Assembly: GCA_945889495.1 (NCBI GenBank)
Contig: CAMDBU010000001.1
Location: 17,877-81,876, forward strand
From: Syntrophobacter sp. SbD2
GTDB lineage: Bacteria; Desulfobacterota; Binatia; UBA9968
Direction: 5' to 3'
DNA: 64,000 bases
Part shown: positions 50,447 through 60,163 of the stretch, one piece after another
Layout of the letters: each line of letters starts with the position of its first letter
Position numbering within the stretch: position 1 is the stretch's first letter
Position numbers and translations under genes: made by a program
Notes under the pieces: model-generated
Told to the model about the DNA's origin: nothing
The model's database searches: none
What the model saw: only the letters and a program-made list of their open reading frames with translations

Positions 50447-50552
50447 TTCCTCTCCCTCGACGGGGGAGGATTAAGGTGGGGGTGCCCGGCAAGTTTAATT
50501 AAATGCGTAGCACCCCCACTCTAACTCTCCCCCGTCGAGGGGGAGAGAATCG
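50447..50552. repeat. GC-rich hairpin repeat, E family (CCTCTCCCTCGACGGGGGAGG … CTCTCCCCCGTCGAGGGGGAGAG).
   Basis: Direct copy of 46253-46346. It explains the spurious …LTLPRRGGENR… ORFs. Confidence 0.6.
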
Positions 50553-50587
50553 GAAAGGAGGGGGAAGAAAATACAGCAGACAATGGG

Positions 50588-51709
50588 TCAGCTCGCCGCC
50601 GCCAGCAACCACTCATGCCCTTTCTTCGAGATCGGCGTCAGGTTGTCGGCGATCAACGCCCAGGTTTCACCGTTGTCTTCGCTGCAAAAAACCTCGCCGC
50701 CGGTGGTGCCGCCGAAGATGGCGCAGACGCCGTCGACTTCTTCGGCGCAGAGCGCGCCGAACTCGTGCTTCAAGCTCGCGGGCAAGCCGCCGCCTAGGCG
50801 CTCCCAGCTCTTGCCGCAATCCTTGCTGCGATAAATCTTTCCTTCGGCGCGCGCGGCGGGGCCGGCTTTGCGCCAAGTCGCCGGATTATGTTCGGCGGCG
50901 GAGACGAACATCAGGTCGGGGTTTTTTGGATTCCAAGTAAAGCCGTCGGGGTAAACATCCGCCGCCCAGTCGGTCGCCGTCCAACGTTCCCAATTGCCGC
51001 CGCCGCTATGAGTTACGTATAAGCCGGCGCCGCCGGTGACGTAAATGTTATCGGGCTTGCGCGGATCGATGAGGCAGCGGTGCACGTCGTAAAAATGTTC
51101 CACCGGGCGACTTTTGTCTTTGTAGAAACCGACGGTGTTGAGTTGTTTCCAGCTCTGGCCCAAGTCGGTACTTTTTAAAAATGCGCCCTGCTCGACGCAA
51201 GCGTAAATGGCGTTCTGGTCGAAGGGATCGAAGGTGATGAACTTGGTGTGCGCCACATGGGGCGCCGCCGGGAAGGACCACTCGCCGACGCTTTCCACTG
51301 CGCGCATCGACGGCAACTCGCGCCAGTGCGCGCCTAGGTCTTCGCTAACGAAGATATGCGCCGGTTGAGTGCCGCAGTACACGCGCGCTTTGCCGTCGAC
51401 GACGTTAGTGGCCAGGCTGTAGACATCGTGGTAGGCGATGCCGTTGTCGCGCCGCTCCCAAGTCTTGCCACCGTCGGCACTGGCGTGCACCGAGCCGAAG
51501 AAAGCGCCGGCGAAGATAGTGTTGGTGGTTTTTTCAAAGACGATGGCGCTGATATGCTGGCCGCGCAGGGCGCGTTGCACTTCACGCCACTTGCCGACGC
51601 TCTCGCGTTCGAGCTGCACCAGGCCGTCTTTGGTCGCGACCCAGAGCTGGTTGGAGCGCGCGCCCGCCGAATAAACATTGGTCCCGCCGTGGGAAAGTCC
51701 GATCGCCAT
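50588..51709 (-). CDS. BNR/Asp-box repeat beta-propeller protein. Paralogue of 42544-43512.
   Basis: SADGGKTW, STDLGQSW, SKDCGKSW, SEDNGETW. Confidence 0.65.
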   Translation of the reverse strand: MAIGLSHGGTNVYSAGARSNQLWVATKDGLVQLERESVGKWREVQRALRGQHISAIVFEKTTNTIFAGAFFGSVHASADGGKTWERRDNGIAYHDVYSLATNVVDGKARVYCGTQPAHIFVSEDLGAHWRELPSMRAVESVGEWSFPAAPHVAHTKFITFDPFDQNAIYACVEQGAFLKSTDLGQSWKQLNTVGFYKDKSRPVEHFYDVHRCLIDPRKPDNIYVTGGAGLYVTHSGGGNWERWTATDWAADVYPDGFTWNPKNPDLMFVSAAEHNPATWRKAGPAARAEGKIYRSKDCGKSWERLGGGLPASLKHEFGALCAEEVDGVCAIFGGTTGGEVFCSEDNGETWALIADNLTPISKKGHEWLLAAAS

Positions 51710-51835
51710 GATTCACCTCCGCTGACTTTGTGAAATTCACTTTAGCAATCCCGGTTCTTCGCCGTCAATGGCCGGGCGCGAGATTCACCTCGGCGCCATT
51801 GACGGCGCGGCGCCGCTTCGGTTAGGGTCGCGGCC

Positions 51836-52855
51836 ATGGGTTCGGTGCTGCCGATCGTTCGCCGCGGTTTATCGTTGCTGGTGTTTATCACGCTGAGTTT
51901 GTTCGGTCTGGAAAGCTCAGCGCAGGTGAGTAAATCTACCACCGCGTACGTTTCCGATTCCGCCGGTGTGTTGCCGCTGTGGATCGCTAAGGAGGCCGGC
52001 ATCTTCGCGCGCAACGGCATCGACGCCCAGGCGGTGCGGGTGCACGCCAACATCGGCGTCATGGCGCTGCTCGCTGGCGAATTGCAATTTGTCCTGGGCT
52101 CAGCCCCGGTGGTGCTGGAAAGCGCGCTGCGCGGGTCCAATCTGGTCTACGTTGCCGGGGGCATGTCGACGCTCGACTTCGTTCTCGTGTCGCGGCCGGA
52201 AATCAAAAGCGCCGAGCAACTCAAAGGCGGGGTCGTCGGCCTATCGGCGCTGCGTGGCGCTAATCCCACCGCCACCCGCTTCGCCCTGCAAAAACTCGGG
52301 CTCGCGCCCAAGGATGTTTCGCTGCTGGTGATCGGCGGCACCAGCGAGCGCATCGCCAGCCTGCGCTTGGGGAAAATTCACGCCACCTTGTTCAGCCCGC
52401 CGCAAAATATCACCGCCCAACGGGAAGGCTTCAACGCCTTGGCCGATGTCGCCGAGTTGGGATTGCCCTTCGTCCATATCGGCGTGGCCACCAGCCGCGC
52501 GGTGATCCGCGACAAGCCGGAGCTTGTGCGCCGCTATGTGAAATCTCATCTCGAAGCGATCGCCGTGATGAAGACCGACCGCGAGTATGCGCTCAAAGTG
52601 TTGGCCAAGTATCTTGGCCAAATCAAAGACCGCGACGTGCTGGCGCAATCCTACGACTCCGCCGCGCCGGACAACCGCATCTCGCGCAAGCAGTATCCGT
52701 CCGTCGCCGGCCTGCAAATGGCGCTGGATTTACTCGCCGACGATAATCCCAAGGCGAAGAGCGCGAAGCCGGACGACTTCGTCGACAACCGGTTCATCAA
52801 GGAACTCGACGACGGCGGCTATATCGATGGCTTGTATAGGGCGAAGGCGCGGTGA
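51836..52855 (+). CDS. NMT1/THI5-like ABC substrate-binding protein. An orphan.
   Basis: Signal peptide and family pattern. Confidence 0.7.
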   Translation: MGSVLPIVRRGLSLLVFITLSLFGLESSAQVSKSTTAYVSDSAGVLPLWIAKEAGIFARNGIDAQAVRVHANIGVMALLAGELQFVLGSAPVVLESALRGSNLVYVAGGMSTLDFVLVSRPEIKSAEQLKGGVVGLSALRGANPTATRFALQKLGLAPKDVSLLVIGGTSERIASLRLGKIHATLFSPPQNITAQREGFNALADVAELGLPFVHIGVATSRAVIRDKPELVRRYVKSHLEAIAVMKTDREYALKVLAKYLGQIKDRDVLAQSYDSAAPDNRISRKQYPSVAGLQMALDLLADDNPKAKSAKPDDFVDNRFIKELDDGGYIDGLYRAKAR

Positions 52856-52975
52856 TTGGACGGCAGTTTCGCTTCGTTGGGTTTTCAGTCGGTCGTGAAG
52901 ATGTGTTCACCACGAAGGCACCCTTCGACTTCGCTCAGGGCAGGCTCCGGGCACGAAGGTCGGAGAAGTTGAGCT

Positions 52976-53938
52976 ATGTTCATCAGTCTGAATAAAACTT
53001 TGCTGGCTGCTTTAGCGTTGCTGTTCTGCGCTGGCGCTAGCGCTCAGGCCAAGCCGATCACGCTGGCGTACAACACCAACTCGCTGAACGTCATGCTGCC
53101 GCTCCTGGTCGCCCAGGAGTTGGGCTTCTTCACCGCCGAGGGGTTCGAGGTGACGCCGGTCTATGTGCGTAGCGGGCCGACGGCGATGGCGGCAATGGTG
53201 AGCGGCTCGGCGGATTATTCGATCGTCGGCTCGACGACGGTGGTGCAGGCCATCGCCAAGGGGATTCCCGCTCTGGTGATCGGCAATTATGTGCGCCATG
53301 TCAATTGGATGCTCATGGGCGGCGCCGGCGTCACCAGTCTCAATGCGATCAAGGGCCAGGTGGTCGGCGTGACCTCGGCCGGCGGCATGACGGAATTCTT
53401 AACCGTGGAAGCGCTGGCGCGGCGTGGTCTCAAGCGCGACCGCGACTATCGGATTCACTACGCTGGCAACAGTCCGGCGCGGGTGTTAGCGCTGGAGACG
53501 AAAATCATCCAAGCCGCGGCGTTTTCGCCGGGAGAGCGAGTGGCGTTGGAGCCCAAGGGTTATTCCTTGCTGATGGACATGGTCCAGGTGATCCCGGAAT
53601 TTCCCCTGAGCATCCTCGCCAGCAGCCGGCGCAAGGTCGAGAGCAATTCGGCGGAAGTGGAAATGTTTCTGCGCGCGCTACACCGGGCCATGGAAGTGAT
53701 TCGCACCGACAAAGATCGCGCCGCCGCGGCGGCGTTCAAAAAGATCCCGCGCAGCGAACTGGCCAGGGAGCGCAAGGCACTCGACTATCTGGCCGACGAT
53801 TATTCCATCACAATTAGTAAAGAGAATATCCAAGCGCTGATCTATGCCGCCGGCGTCGAAGCCGACGCGCGCAAACTCGGCGGCGCGGAGAGGTTTTACG
53901 CGGCGGAGCCGCAGACCAGGGCGGTGGGGCGGCGGTGA
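52976..53938 (+). CDS. NMT1/THI5-like ABC substrate-binding protein. An orphan.
   Basis: Signal peptide MFISLNKTLLAALALLFCAGASAQA. Confidence 0.7.
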   Translation: MFISLNKTLLAALALLFCAGASAQAKPITLAYNTNSLNVMLPLLVAQELGFFTAEGFEVTPVYVRSGPTAMAAMVSGSADYSIVGSTTVVQAIAKGIPALVIGNYVRHVNWMLMGGAGVTSLNAIKGQVVGVTSAGGMTEFLTVEALARRGLKRDRDYRIHYAGNSPARVLALETKIIQAAAFSPGERVALEPKGYSLLMDMVQVIPEFPLSILASSRRKVESNSAEVEMFLRALHRAMEVIRTDKDRAAAAAFKKIPRSELARERKALDYLADDYSITISKENIQALIYAAGVEADARKLGGAERFYAAEPQTRAVGRR

Positions 53939-54173
53939 GGGCAGGAAGATATGGGGCCAGAGAGCGCTGATCGCGGCAGAGTCGCAGCCGAAGTTCGGAA
54001 GATCTCGCGCCAAGCACGCAAAGGGCGCAAAGGAAGAAATAATTCAATTCTTAACTTTGCGACCTTTGCGACCTTGGCGGGCCTGGCGCGAGGAATAACT
54101 AAGATCGAGAATTATTGGCGCTGACCATTTGCGCATGCCGCGCAAAGGGCGCAAAAAAAATTCTTGATTGTAG

Positions 54174-54197
54174 AGGCGGGTTTTAAACCCGCCCTCG
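54174..54197. repeat. Palindrome GAGGCGGGTTTTAAACCCGCCCTC (second copy of the 19-nt core), 22 nt upstream of an SBP gene.
   Basis: Identical core to 31208-31232. Confidence 0.55.
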
Positions 54198-54218
54198 GCT
54201 GACCAGCGAGAATTCATC

Positions 54219-55226
54219 ATGGTGAAACTCTACATTTTCGGCGCGGTGATCCTTGGCGTGGTATTGAATGCAAATTCTGCCGCCGCCGCGGCCAAGATGG
54301 TGCTTGGCCATGGCGCGCTCAATGCGCGCATCGCGCCGCTGTGGATCGCCCATGAGCAAAAGTTTTTCGCCAAATATGGCGTCGAGTCGACGGTGATTTT
54401 GGTGCGCCAGATTCAGATCATGGTCAGCGGGCTCGGTACCGGCGAGATCGATTTGGCGTTGTCTTCGGGCAGCACGCTGCTCGGCGCTTCATCCGGTGGG
54501 CTCGATGCCAAGATGGTGGCGGCGCTCAATGGCCGGGTGAATTACGATCTGGTGGCGGCGCCGAGCATCAAAACCGTCAAAGACCTGCGCGGCAAGCGCT
54601 TCGGCATTCAAGCCTTTGGCGGCGGACTGTGGATGGGCGCCATGCTCGGCTTGGAATCGCTAGGCGTCGATCCGCAGCGCGACAATCTAAACATTCTCCA
54701 GGTCGGCGATCAGTCGGTGATCGCCCAAGCCCTCGAAGCCGGCAGTATCGATGCCGCGGCGCTCGACGGCGTGTTTAGCCGGCGGTTGAAGCAAAAGGGC
54801 TTTACCGTGTTGGCCGAGTTCAGCAACGCCAACATTCCCACCATCGGTCTCGGCTTGCTCGCGCGGACTCACACGATTCGCGACCGCCAGGAGGCGCTCG
54901 ACGGCGCGCTGCGCGGCTTGGCCGAAGCGGTGGCGTTTATTCTCAGCCCGAAATCCAAACCGGCGGTGTTGAAGACCATCACGCAGCACCTGCGCATCCA
55001 CGATGCGGCGACGGCGGAGGAAGGCTATCAGGATTTAATTACCGGCCTCGACCGCAAGCTCATCCCATCGATGGACGGCTTGCGCAACACCCAACGGTTG
55101 CTTAAGCCGCGCAATCCCAAGCTGGAAAATATCAAGGTCGAAGAGCTGATCGACGACCGTATCGTCAGGAGACTCGACGAGAGCGGTTTCATCGGCCGTT
55201 TGCAGGCGGCGTACGGAATCAAGTGA
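54219..55226 (+). CDS. NMT1/THI5-like ABC substrate-binding protein. An orphan.
   Basis: Signal peptide and family pattern. Confidence 0.7.
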   Translation: MVKLYIFGAVILGVVLNANSAAAAAKMVLGHGALNARIAPLWIAHEQKFFAKYGVESTVILVRQIQIMVSGLGTGEIDLALSSGSTLLGASSGGLDAKMVAALNGRVNYDLVAAPSIKTVKDLRGKRFGIQAFGGGLWMGAMLGLESLGVDPQRDNLNILQVGDQSVIAQALEAGSIDAAALDGVFSRRLKQKGFTVLAEFSNANIPTIGLGLLARTHTIRDRQEALDGALRGLAEAVAFILSPKSKPAVLKTITQHLRIHDAATAEEGYQDLITGLDRKLIPSMDGLRNTQRLLKPRNPKLENIKVEELIDDRIVRRLDESGFIGRLQAAYGIK

Positions 55227-55493
55227 CCGTGGCTGATGGTTTTAGGAACGAGTTTGGGTTTGGGAAAAAGTTTGACTTCGCGGCAAGCTGCAAACGATGG
55301 GTATCGCTTACGCTCCACCCATCCTACGCCGGAATCCTGGCGCAGCCGCGGGAATAAACGGTCTTCGCTGCGAGCGGTTCTAGCCGGTCGGTAAATTATT
55401 CTCACTGTCAATAACCCGAGCCGATAAACCGTAAAAAAACCGTTGGACTCGGGCGCTGAATTGCGCTATTTGACTGCGGAACCGGTAATCACC

Positions 55494-56522
55494 ATGGGAT
55501 ACTTTCGCAATTCATTCATCGTCACCTTTGTCGGATTGGGTCTTGGCGCTTTTCTTGGCTGGGAAGTGGACCAAACTTTAGTCACGGCGCTGTCGACCAT
55601 GTTCATCGTCGGCGTGCTGGCGATCCTGGAAGTCTCCCTCTCCTTCGACAACGCGGTGGTCAACGCCACAGTGCTCAAGGAGATGGATACGATCTGGCGC
55701 CATCGCTTCCTCACCTGGGGCATCGCCATTGCGGTGTTCGGCATGCGGATCATCTTCCCGTTGATCATCGTCGCGATCATCGCGCGCATCGATCCCTGGT
55801 CGGCGCTAGTCATGGCGGCCACCGATCCGGATCGGTATTCGCGGGTGCTCACCAGCGCGCATATCACGGTGGCGGCGTTCGGCGGCGCGTTTCTCGCCAT
55901 GGTCGGGCTCAAGCATTTTTTCAACCAGGAAAAAGACGTTCACTGGATCGCCTTCATCGAGCGCCCGTTGACCCGGCTCGGTCGGATCTCAGCGGTGGAG
56001 TTGGGCTTGGTCATGCTGCTGTTGTACGTCGTGTCGCGCTGGCTCGGCGGCGCCGAGCAAACTGAATTCTTGATCGCCGGTATCTTCGGCCTGGTGACCT
56101 ACATCGCGGTGGATGGCGTGTCGGCGCTGCTCAACGTCGAGTCGGCGGTGGCCGGCGGCGCGGTGCGCTCGGGGGCGGCGTCCTTCCTCTATCTCGAAGT
56201 GCTCGACGCCAGCTTCAGTTTCGACGGCGTGATCGGCGCCTTCGCGCTGTCCAACAATTTATTCATAATCGCTATAGGCTTAGGCATCGGCGCCATGTTC
56301 GTCCGCAGTCTAACCATCATGCTGGTGGAAAAAGAGACGCTGGCATCCTACCGCTATCTCGAGCATGGCGCGTTCTACGCGATCATCGCGCTGGCCGTGA
56401 TGATGTTTCTCAACGCCGTCATGCATATTCCGGAGGTCGTGACCGGTTTGATCGGCAGCGGTTTCATCGTCTGGGCATTTTACGACTCGATCCGCTACAA
56501 CCGCCGCGAAGGCGCCGCGTAA
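55494..56522 (+). CDS. DUF475/TerC-related integral membrane protein, 342 aa.
   Basis: …LEVSLSFDNAVVNA… and a second …SFSFDGVIGAF… repeat. Multiple TM helices. Confidence 0.6.
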   Translation: MGYFRNSFIVTFVGLGLGAFLGWEVDQTLVTALSTMFIVGVLAILEVSLSFDNAVVNATVLKEMDTIWRHRFLTWGIAIAVFGMRIIFPLIIVAIIARIDPWSALVMAATDPDRYSRVLTSAHITVAAFGGAFLAMVGLKHFFNQEKDVHWIAFIERPLTRLGRISAVELGLVMLLLYVVSRWLGGAEQTEFLIAGIFGLVTYIAVDGVSALLNVESAVAGGAVRSGAASFLYLEVLDASFSFDGVIGAFALSNNLFIIAIGLGIGAMFVRSLTIMLVEKETLASYRYLEHGAFYAIIALAVMMFLNAVMHIPEVVTGLIGSGFIVWAFYDSIRYNRREGAA

Positions 56523-56800
56523 CATTCTCGGCACCGGGCGCTGGGACGATTTGTCGCCGCGGTGCATTCCTACTCTCCGGACTTCCCCTCAGAACGCAAT
56601 TGGGTTTCGCTATCTGAAAACCTTGTTGACGGCCGGCCGTAACCAAAAAAAGTACTTCGCGCCATTCATAGCGCGGCTAGGGTCGCAATGCTGAAGCGGG
56701 AGTTGCAGTCAAATCACCAGCTTAAGCTTGGTGCTTGGCTCGACCAGGAGCTGGCGTTAAGTTTGCTTAGGAAATCATTCAAAAACCCAGGAGGTCTACC

Positions 56801-57877
56801 ATGGCGGCGAAACGAATCTTAATTTGTCTAGATGGAACCGGTAACGATCCAAGCGATGCCAAGCAGAAGGTCGATAAGGAAGGCAAGATGGAGGACGACA
56901 ATATCTCCAACGTGCTCAAGCTGCACTTGTTGGCGGGCGGCCGGCTCGACAATGTGCAGTTAAACGCCGCGCAGCATTCTTACTATTACTCCGGTGTCGG
57001 CACCCGAGGAACAATTTTCCGCCGGGCGTTGGCGTCGGCCTTTGCCAGGTTGGAGCCCAAACTGATTCTTAAAGACGCCTATGACGACCTCTGCGGCCAT
57101 TATCAAGTAGGTGATGAGCTGTTTATTTTCGGCTTTAGCCGCGGCGCGGCGATCGCGCGCCGGCTGGCGTCCCAGATCTCGCGTGAAGGCGTCGTCGTCG
57201 GTCGTGTCAAACATGAGCCTCATATCAAAATGCTCGGAGTCTGGGACACCGTTGCCGCCATCGGTGTGCCGAACCTGGATGATAGCGAGCAGCCGGTATC
57301 CGATGTGGTGTTCGAGAACGGCACCATCGCCGACAAGATCGACCATGCCTTTCACCTGGCCGCGGTGGACGAGACCCGCCTGGCGTTTCGACCGACGTTG
57401 ATGAATTTCTCGCCACGGGTCAGTGAAATTTGGTTTCCCGGAGTGCATAGCGATGTCGGCGGCGGTTACCGGTTGAGCGGGCTGTCCGACCTCGCGCTCA
57501 AGTTCATGATGGACAAAGCGCGAGATCATGGCGTGGCGTTCATTCAACCCAGCGCCATCGCACCGGCAGCCTTGTCGCAAGGCAAGCACAAGATCGATCT
57601 TGAAGATGTCGCCGCCGCGCCCGATGCGCGCGACCGTTTGCATGTCCATGTGCGCGATGAAAAGGTCGCTTCGGTTACGCTCAAGCCGAGAAATATCCAT
57701 GTGACGGTTGGCGATAAACCAAGCGCCGATCGTTTACCGATCCTGCACCACAGCGTTATCGAGCGCATCAAGGGCGACTCCAGCTACCGTCCGGTGAACC
57801 TGAAGGAGCTCAAGCATCAGGTGCTGCACGCGGATGGAAGTTTGACCCAGCACGGTGGGTTGGAAGAATTTATTTAG
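56801..57877 (+). CDS. DUF2235 alpha/beta-hydrolase-domain protein (T6SS Tle1 phospholipase-effector-like family), 358 aa.
   Basis: N-terminal ILICLDGTGND and GxSxG nucleophile FGFSRGAAIARRLA. RBS AGGAGG. Confidence 0.65.
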   Translation: MAAKRILICLDGTGNDPSDAKQKVDKEGKMEDDNISNVLKLHLLAGGRLDNVQLNAAQHSYYYSGVGTRGTIFRRALASAFARLEPKLILKDAYDDLCGHYQVGDELFIFGFSRGAAIARRLASQISREGVVVGRVKHEPHIKMLGVWDTVAAIGVPNLDDSEQPVSDVVFENGTIADKIDHAFHLAAVDETRLAFRPTLMNFSPRVSEIWFPGVHSDVGGGYRLSGLSDLALKFMMDKARDHGVAFIQPSAIAPAALSQGKHKIDLEDVAAAPDARDRLHVHVRDEKVASVTLKPRNIHVTVGDKPSADRLPILHHSVIERIKGDSSYRPVNLKELKHQVLHADGSLTQHGGLEEFI

Positions 57878-58036
57878 TCCGGTCACTTCGGTAAATTCTC
57901 CTCTATGGCGGCCGGTTTCCTTGGACGGCGAAACCGGCCGCCGATTTTTTGCGACCTTCCTTGCGTTGTTCAATCCGGTCGTTGTAAGACGGCTAGAATT
58001 TCATGTATTAATTTTTTCCCAGATGAGGGTAGAACC

Positions 58037-58828
58037 ATGATCGATCTATCGCGATTTTCTCTCGACGGCCGCACCGCGATTATCACCGGTGGCAGCGGCG
58101 GTATCGGCCGGGCTTGCGCGTTGGCCTTCGCCAAGGCGGGAGCGAACATCGTCATCGCGTCGTTACCCGCCGACTCGATCCCGCCGGTGGTGCAGGAAGT
58201 GGAAGCGCTCGGCGTCAAAGCGCTCGGGTTGGCGGTGGATGTGTCGGACGAAGCGCAGGTCAATTCGCTGGTCGAGCAGACGTTGGCCAAGTTTGGTCGC
58301 ATCGATGCGCTGGTCAACGTCGCCGGCGGTTCCTACAGCCGCAATCCCGCCATGCCGGCGTTCAATCGCGCGCCGCTACTCGAACTTGCCCCAGAAGATT
58401 TCATGACCGCCTACGCGGTCAACACCAAGAGCGCATTTTTATGCGCCAAGGCGGTGGCGCCGCATATGAAGGCGCGCGGCCAGGGTAGCATCGTCAACAT
58501 CGGGTCGATCTCCGGCCGCGGCACCAAGAAAGAGCGCGCTGACATGGCCGCCTACGGCACGGCCAAAGCCGCGGTTATGAATCTGTCGATCCACATGGCG
58601 CAGCATTGGGGACCGGAGGTCCGCGTCAACGCCATCGCCCCCGGCATCATCGACACGCCAAGACCGGCGGGTAGCACGCGCCAGGACGGCTGGTCGGAGG
58701 CGCTCAAAAGAATCGCCATGGGCCGCGCCGGCACGGCGGACGAAGTCGCCAGCGTGGCGCTGTTCTTGGCCTCCGACGCGGCGAGCTTTGTCAGCGGCGC
58801 GATTGTCGATGTCAATGGTGGGGAGTGA
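58037..58828 (+). CDS. SDR-family oxidoreductase, 263 aa.
   Basis: TGGSGGIGRA. NVAG. YGTAKAA. C-terminal …IVDVNGGE. Confidence 0.85.
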   Translation: MIDLSRFSLDGRTAIITGGSGGIGRACALAFAKAGANIVIASLPADSIPPVVQEVEALGVKALGLAVDVSDEAQVNSLVEQTLAKFGRIDALVNVAGGSYSRNPAMPAFNRAPLLELAPEDFMTAYAVNTKSAFLCAKAVAPHMKARGQGSIVNIGSISGRGTKKERADMAAYGTAKAAVMNLSIHMAQHWGPEVRVNAIAPGIIDTPRPAGSTRQDGWSEALKRIAMGRAGTADEVASVALFLASDAASFVSGAIVDVNGGE

Positions 58829-58831
58829 CGC

Positions 58832-59008
58832 GAAGTGTTGTCATTTCGACCGCAGGGAGAAATCTCTTCGCTGAACCGGAGAGATTTCTCACATTCGTTC
58901 GAAATGACAGCGTAAAAAAATCTGTTATACGGGCGCAGGCCGGTATCCAGGAGTGGGGTGGGCTCCAATCTGGATGCCGGCCTACGCCGGCATGACGGAA
59001 ATGAGGTG
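58832..59008. repeat. REP/MITE-like hairpin cluster, D family (GTCATTTCGA…GAGAAATCTC dyad, then GCCGGTATCCAG…CTGGATGCCGGC…CATGACGGAAAT).
   Basis: Seen in the sequence. Related to 9625-9726 and 62381-62572. Confidence 0.6.
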
Positions 59009-59056
59009 TTCGACTTCGGTTCGACCTGATCGGAATTTTTCAGCCGCCAGCCGTAA

Positions 59057-60163
59057 CTAATCCAGCCAATCCTTATCCTTCAATTTTCTCGGCAGGTAAG
59101 TATTGGTCAAATACTGAAAATCTTTGTTCGCTAAGGCATCTAGTTCGAACTTTAGGCCGCTGGTGAGCATGCCTTTGATTTCGTTTTGCCATTCTTTTTT
59201 CTGGAACCATTTGTATTTCATCAGTTCCTTGGCGCGGTTGATGTCTTTGTCGTTGAGCTTAATACCGACGTTGCGCGGTAGGCCGTAGCGTTCTGGATCG
59301 GCGCTGGAGAAGCCGATGAATTTTGCCTTGGGGATCGCCATGCGTTCGCTTTCGAAGGCGAGATTGATCGACCCCTGCTTGATGACCGAGTAGATGTAGT
59401 AGCCCCAGGGGTCGTTGTCGACCAGAACATAAACCGGCAGTTTGTAATCTTCATGCAGCCGGCGCGCCAGCCGGCGCACGCCGCGCGGCGGTTGGCCGTT
59501 GCCGGTGAGTAGGATGCAGTTATAGCGGCGCCAGAATTTATCTTCCGACAGCCGGTTCCACTGGGTGCCTTTTTCCACCAGCAGGACGAAGTCGGCGCTG
59601 CATTTGGCGATCTGAATATATTCCGGCTCGACAATCGATGGCACCGAGTAGCCGCCGTTGCCGAGCTTGGTGCAATCGACCCGGTCGCCATCGTCGACAA
59701 TCGTCATCGGGCCGACCACGGTGCCGCGGTTTTCGGCGCGGACATGGAGTTCTTCGCGCAGCGCTTCGAGGGTGACTTCGAGATCTTCGATCAACGGATC
59801 GGACTCGTTCTGGTCGTCAAAGGTGTTCTCGTTGGAATTCTTAATCGTGTGTTTGGTGCGATAGTAAATTTCCCGCAGCGAGGTGGTCAGGTTGGCGCGC
59901 TGGAGTTCGGCCAAGGCGTCGGCGACCATTACGGTCTGCATGAATTTCTTGGCCATGCCGACGTTGAAAAAGGTTCGCGCTTGTTTGCGCTTGCCCATTT
60001 CAATGATGCCGCGTTTGGCGTTGAAGTTGACATTGGCCAGGCTGCGCACCGGGATCGCCAGCGCCGGGTCCTGGCTGCGCTGGGCCGCGCCGATGACGAT
60101 ATCGGCGATGCCAATCAGTTTTTTCTCGACGACGCCGTTATTTTTTGGTTTTTTTGCCGCCAT
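59057..60163 (-). CDS. top6A: DNA topoisomerase VI subunit A (Spo11/Top6A family), 368 aa.
   Basis: Catalytic-Tyr region LREIYYRTKH. TOPRIM acidic motif YVLVDNDPWGYY. Confidence 0.85.
   Translation of the reverse strand: MAAKKPKNNGVVEKKLIGIADIVIGAAQRSQDPALAIPVRSLANVNFNAKRGIIEMGKRKQARTFFNVGMAKKFMQTVMVADALAELQRANLTTSLREIYYRTKHTIKNSNENTFDDQNESDPLIEDLEVTLEALREELHVRAENRGTVVGPMTIVDDGDRVDCTKLGNGGYSVPSIVEPEYIQIAKCSADFVLLVEKGTQWNRLSEDKFWRRYNCILLTGNGQPPRGVRRLARRLHEDYKLPVYVLVDNDPWGYYIYSVIKQGSINLAFESERMAIPKAKFIGFSSADPERYGLPRNVGIKLNDKDINRAKELMKYKWFQKKEWQNEIKGMLTSGLKFELDALANKDFQYLTNTYLPRKLKDKDWLD

Noticed and set aside
50257-50940. Short ORFs translating as …LPRRGRIKVG… and MRSTPTLTLPRRGGENR….
   Set aside because: They are translations of the E-family hairpin repeat, not genes.
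56960-57700. A 246-aa minus-strand ORF.
   Set aside because: It is antisense to the DUF2235 gene, which has its catalytic motifs in frame.
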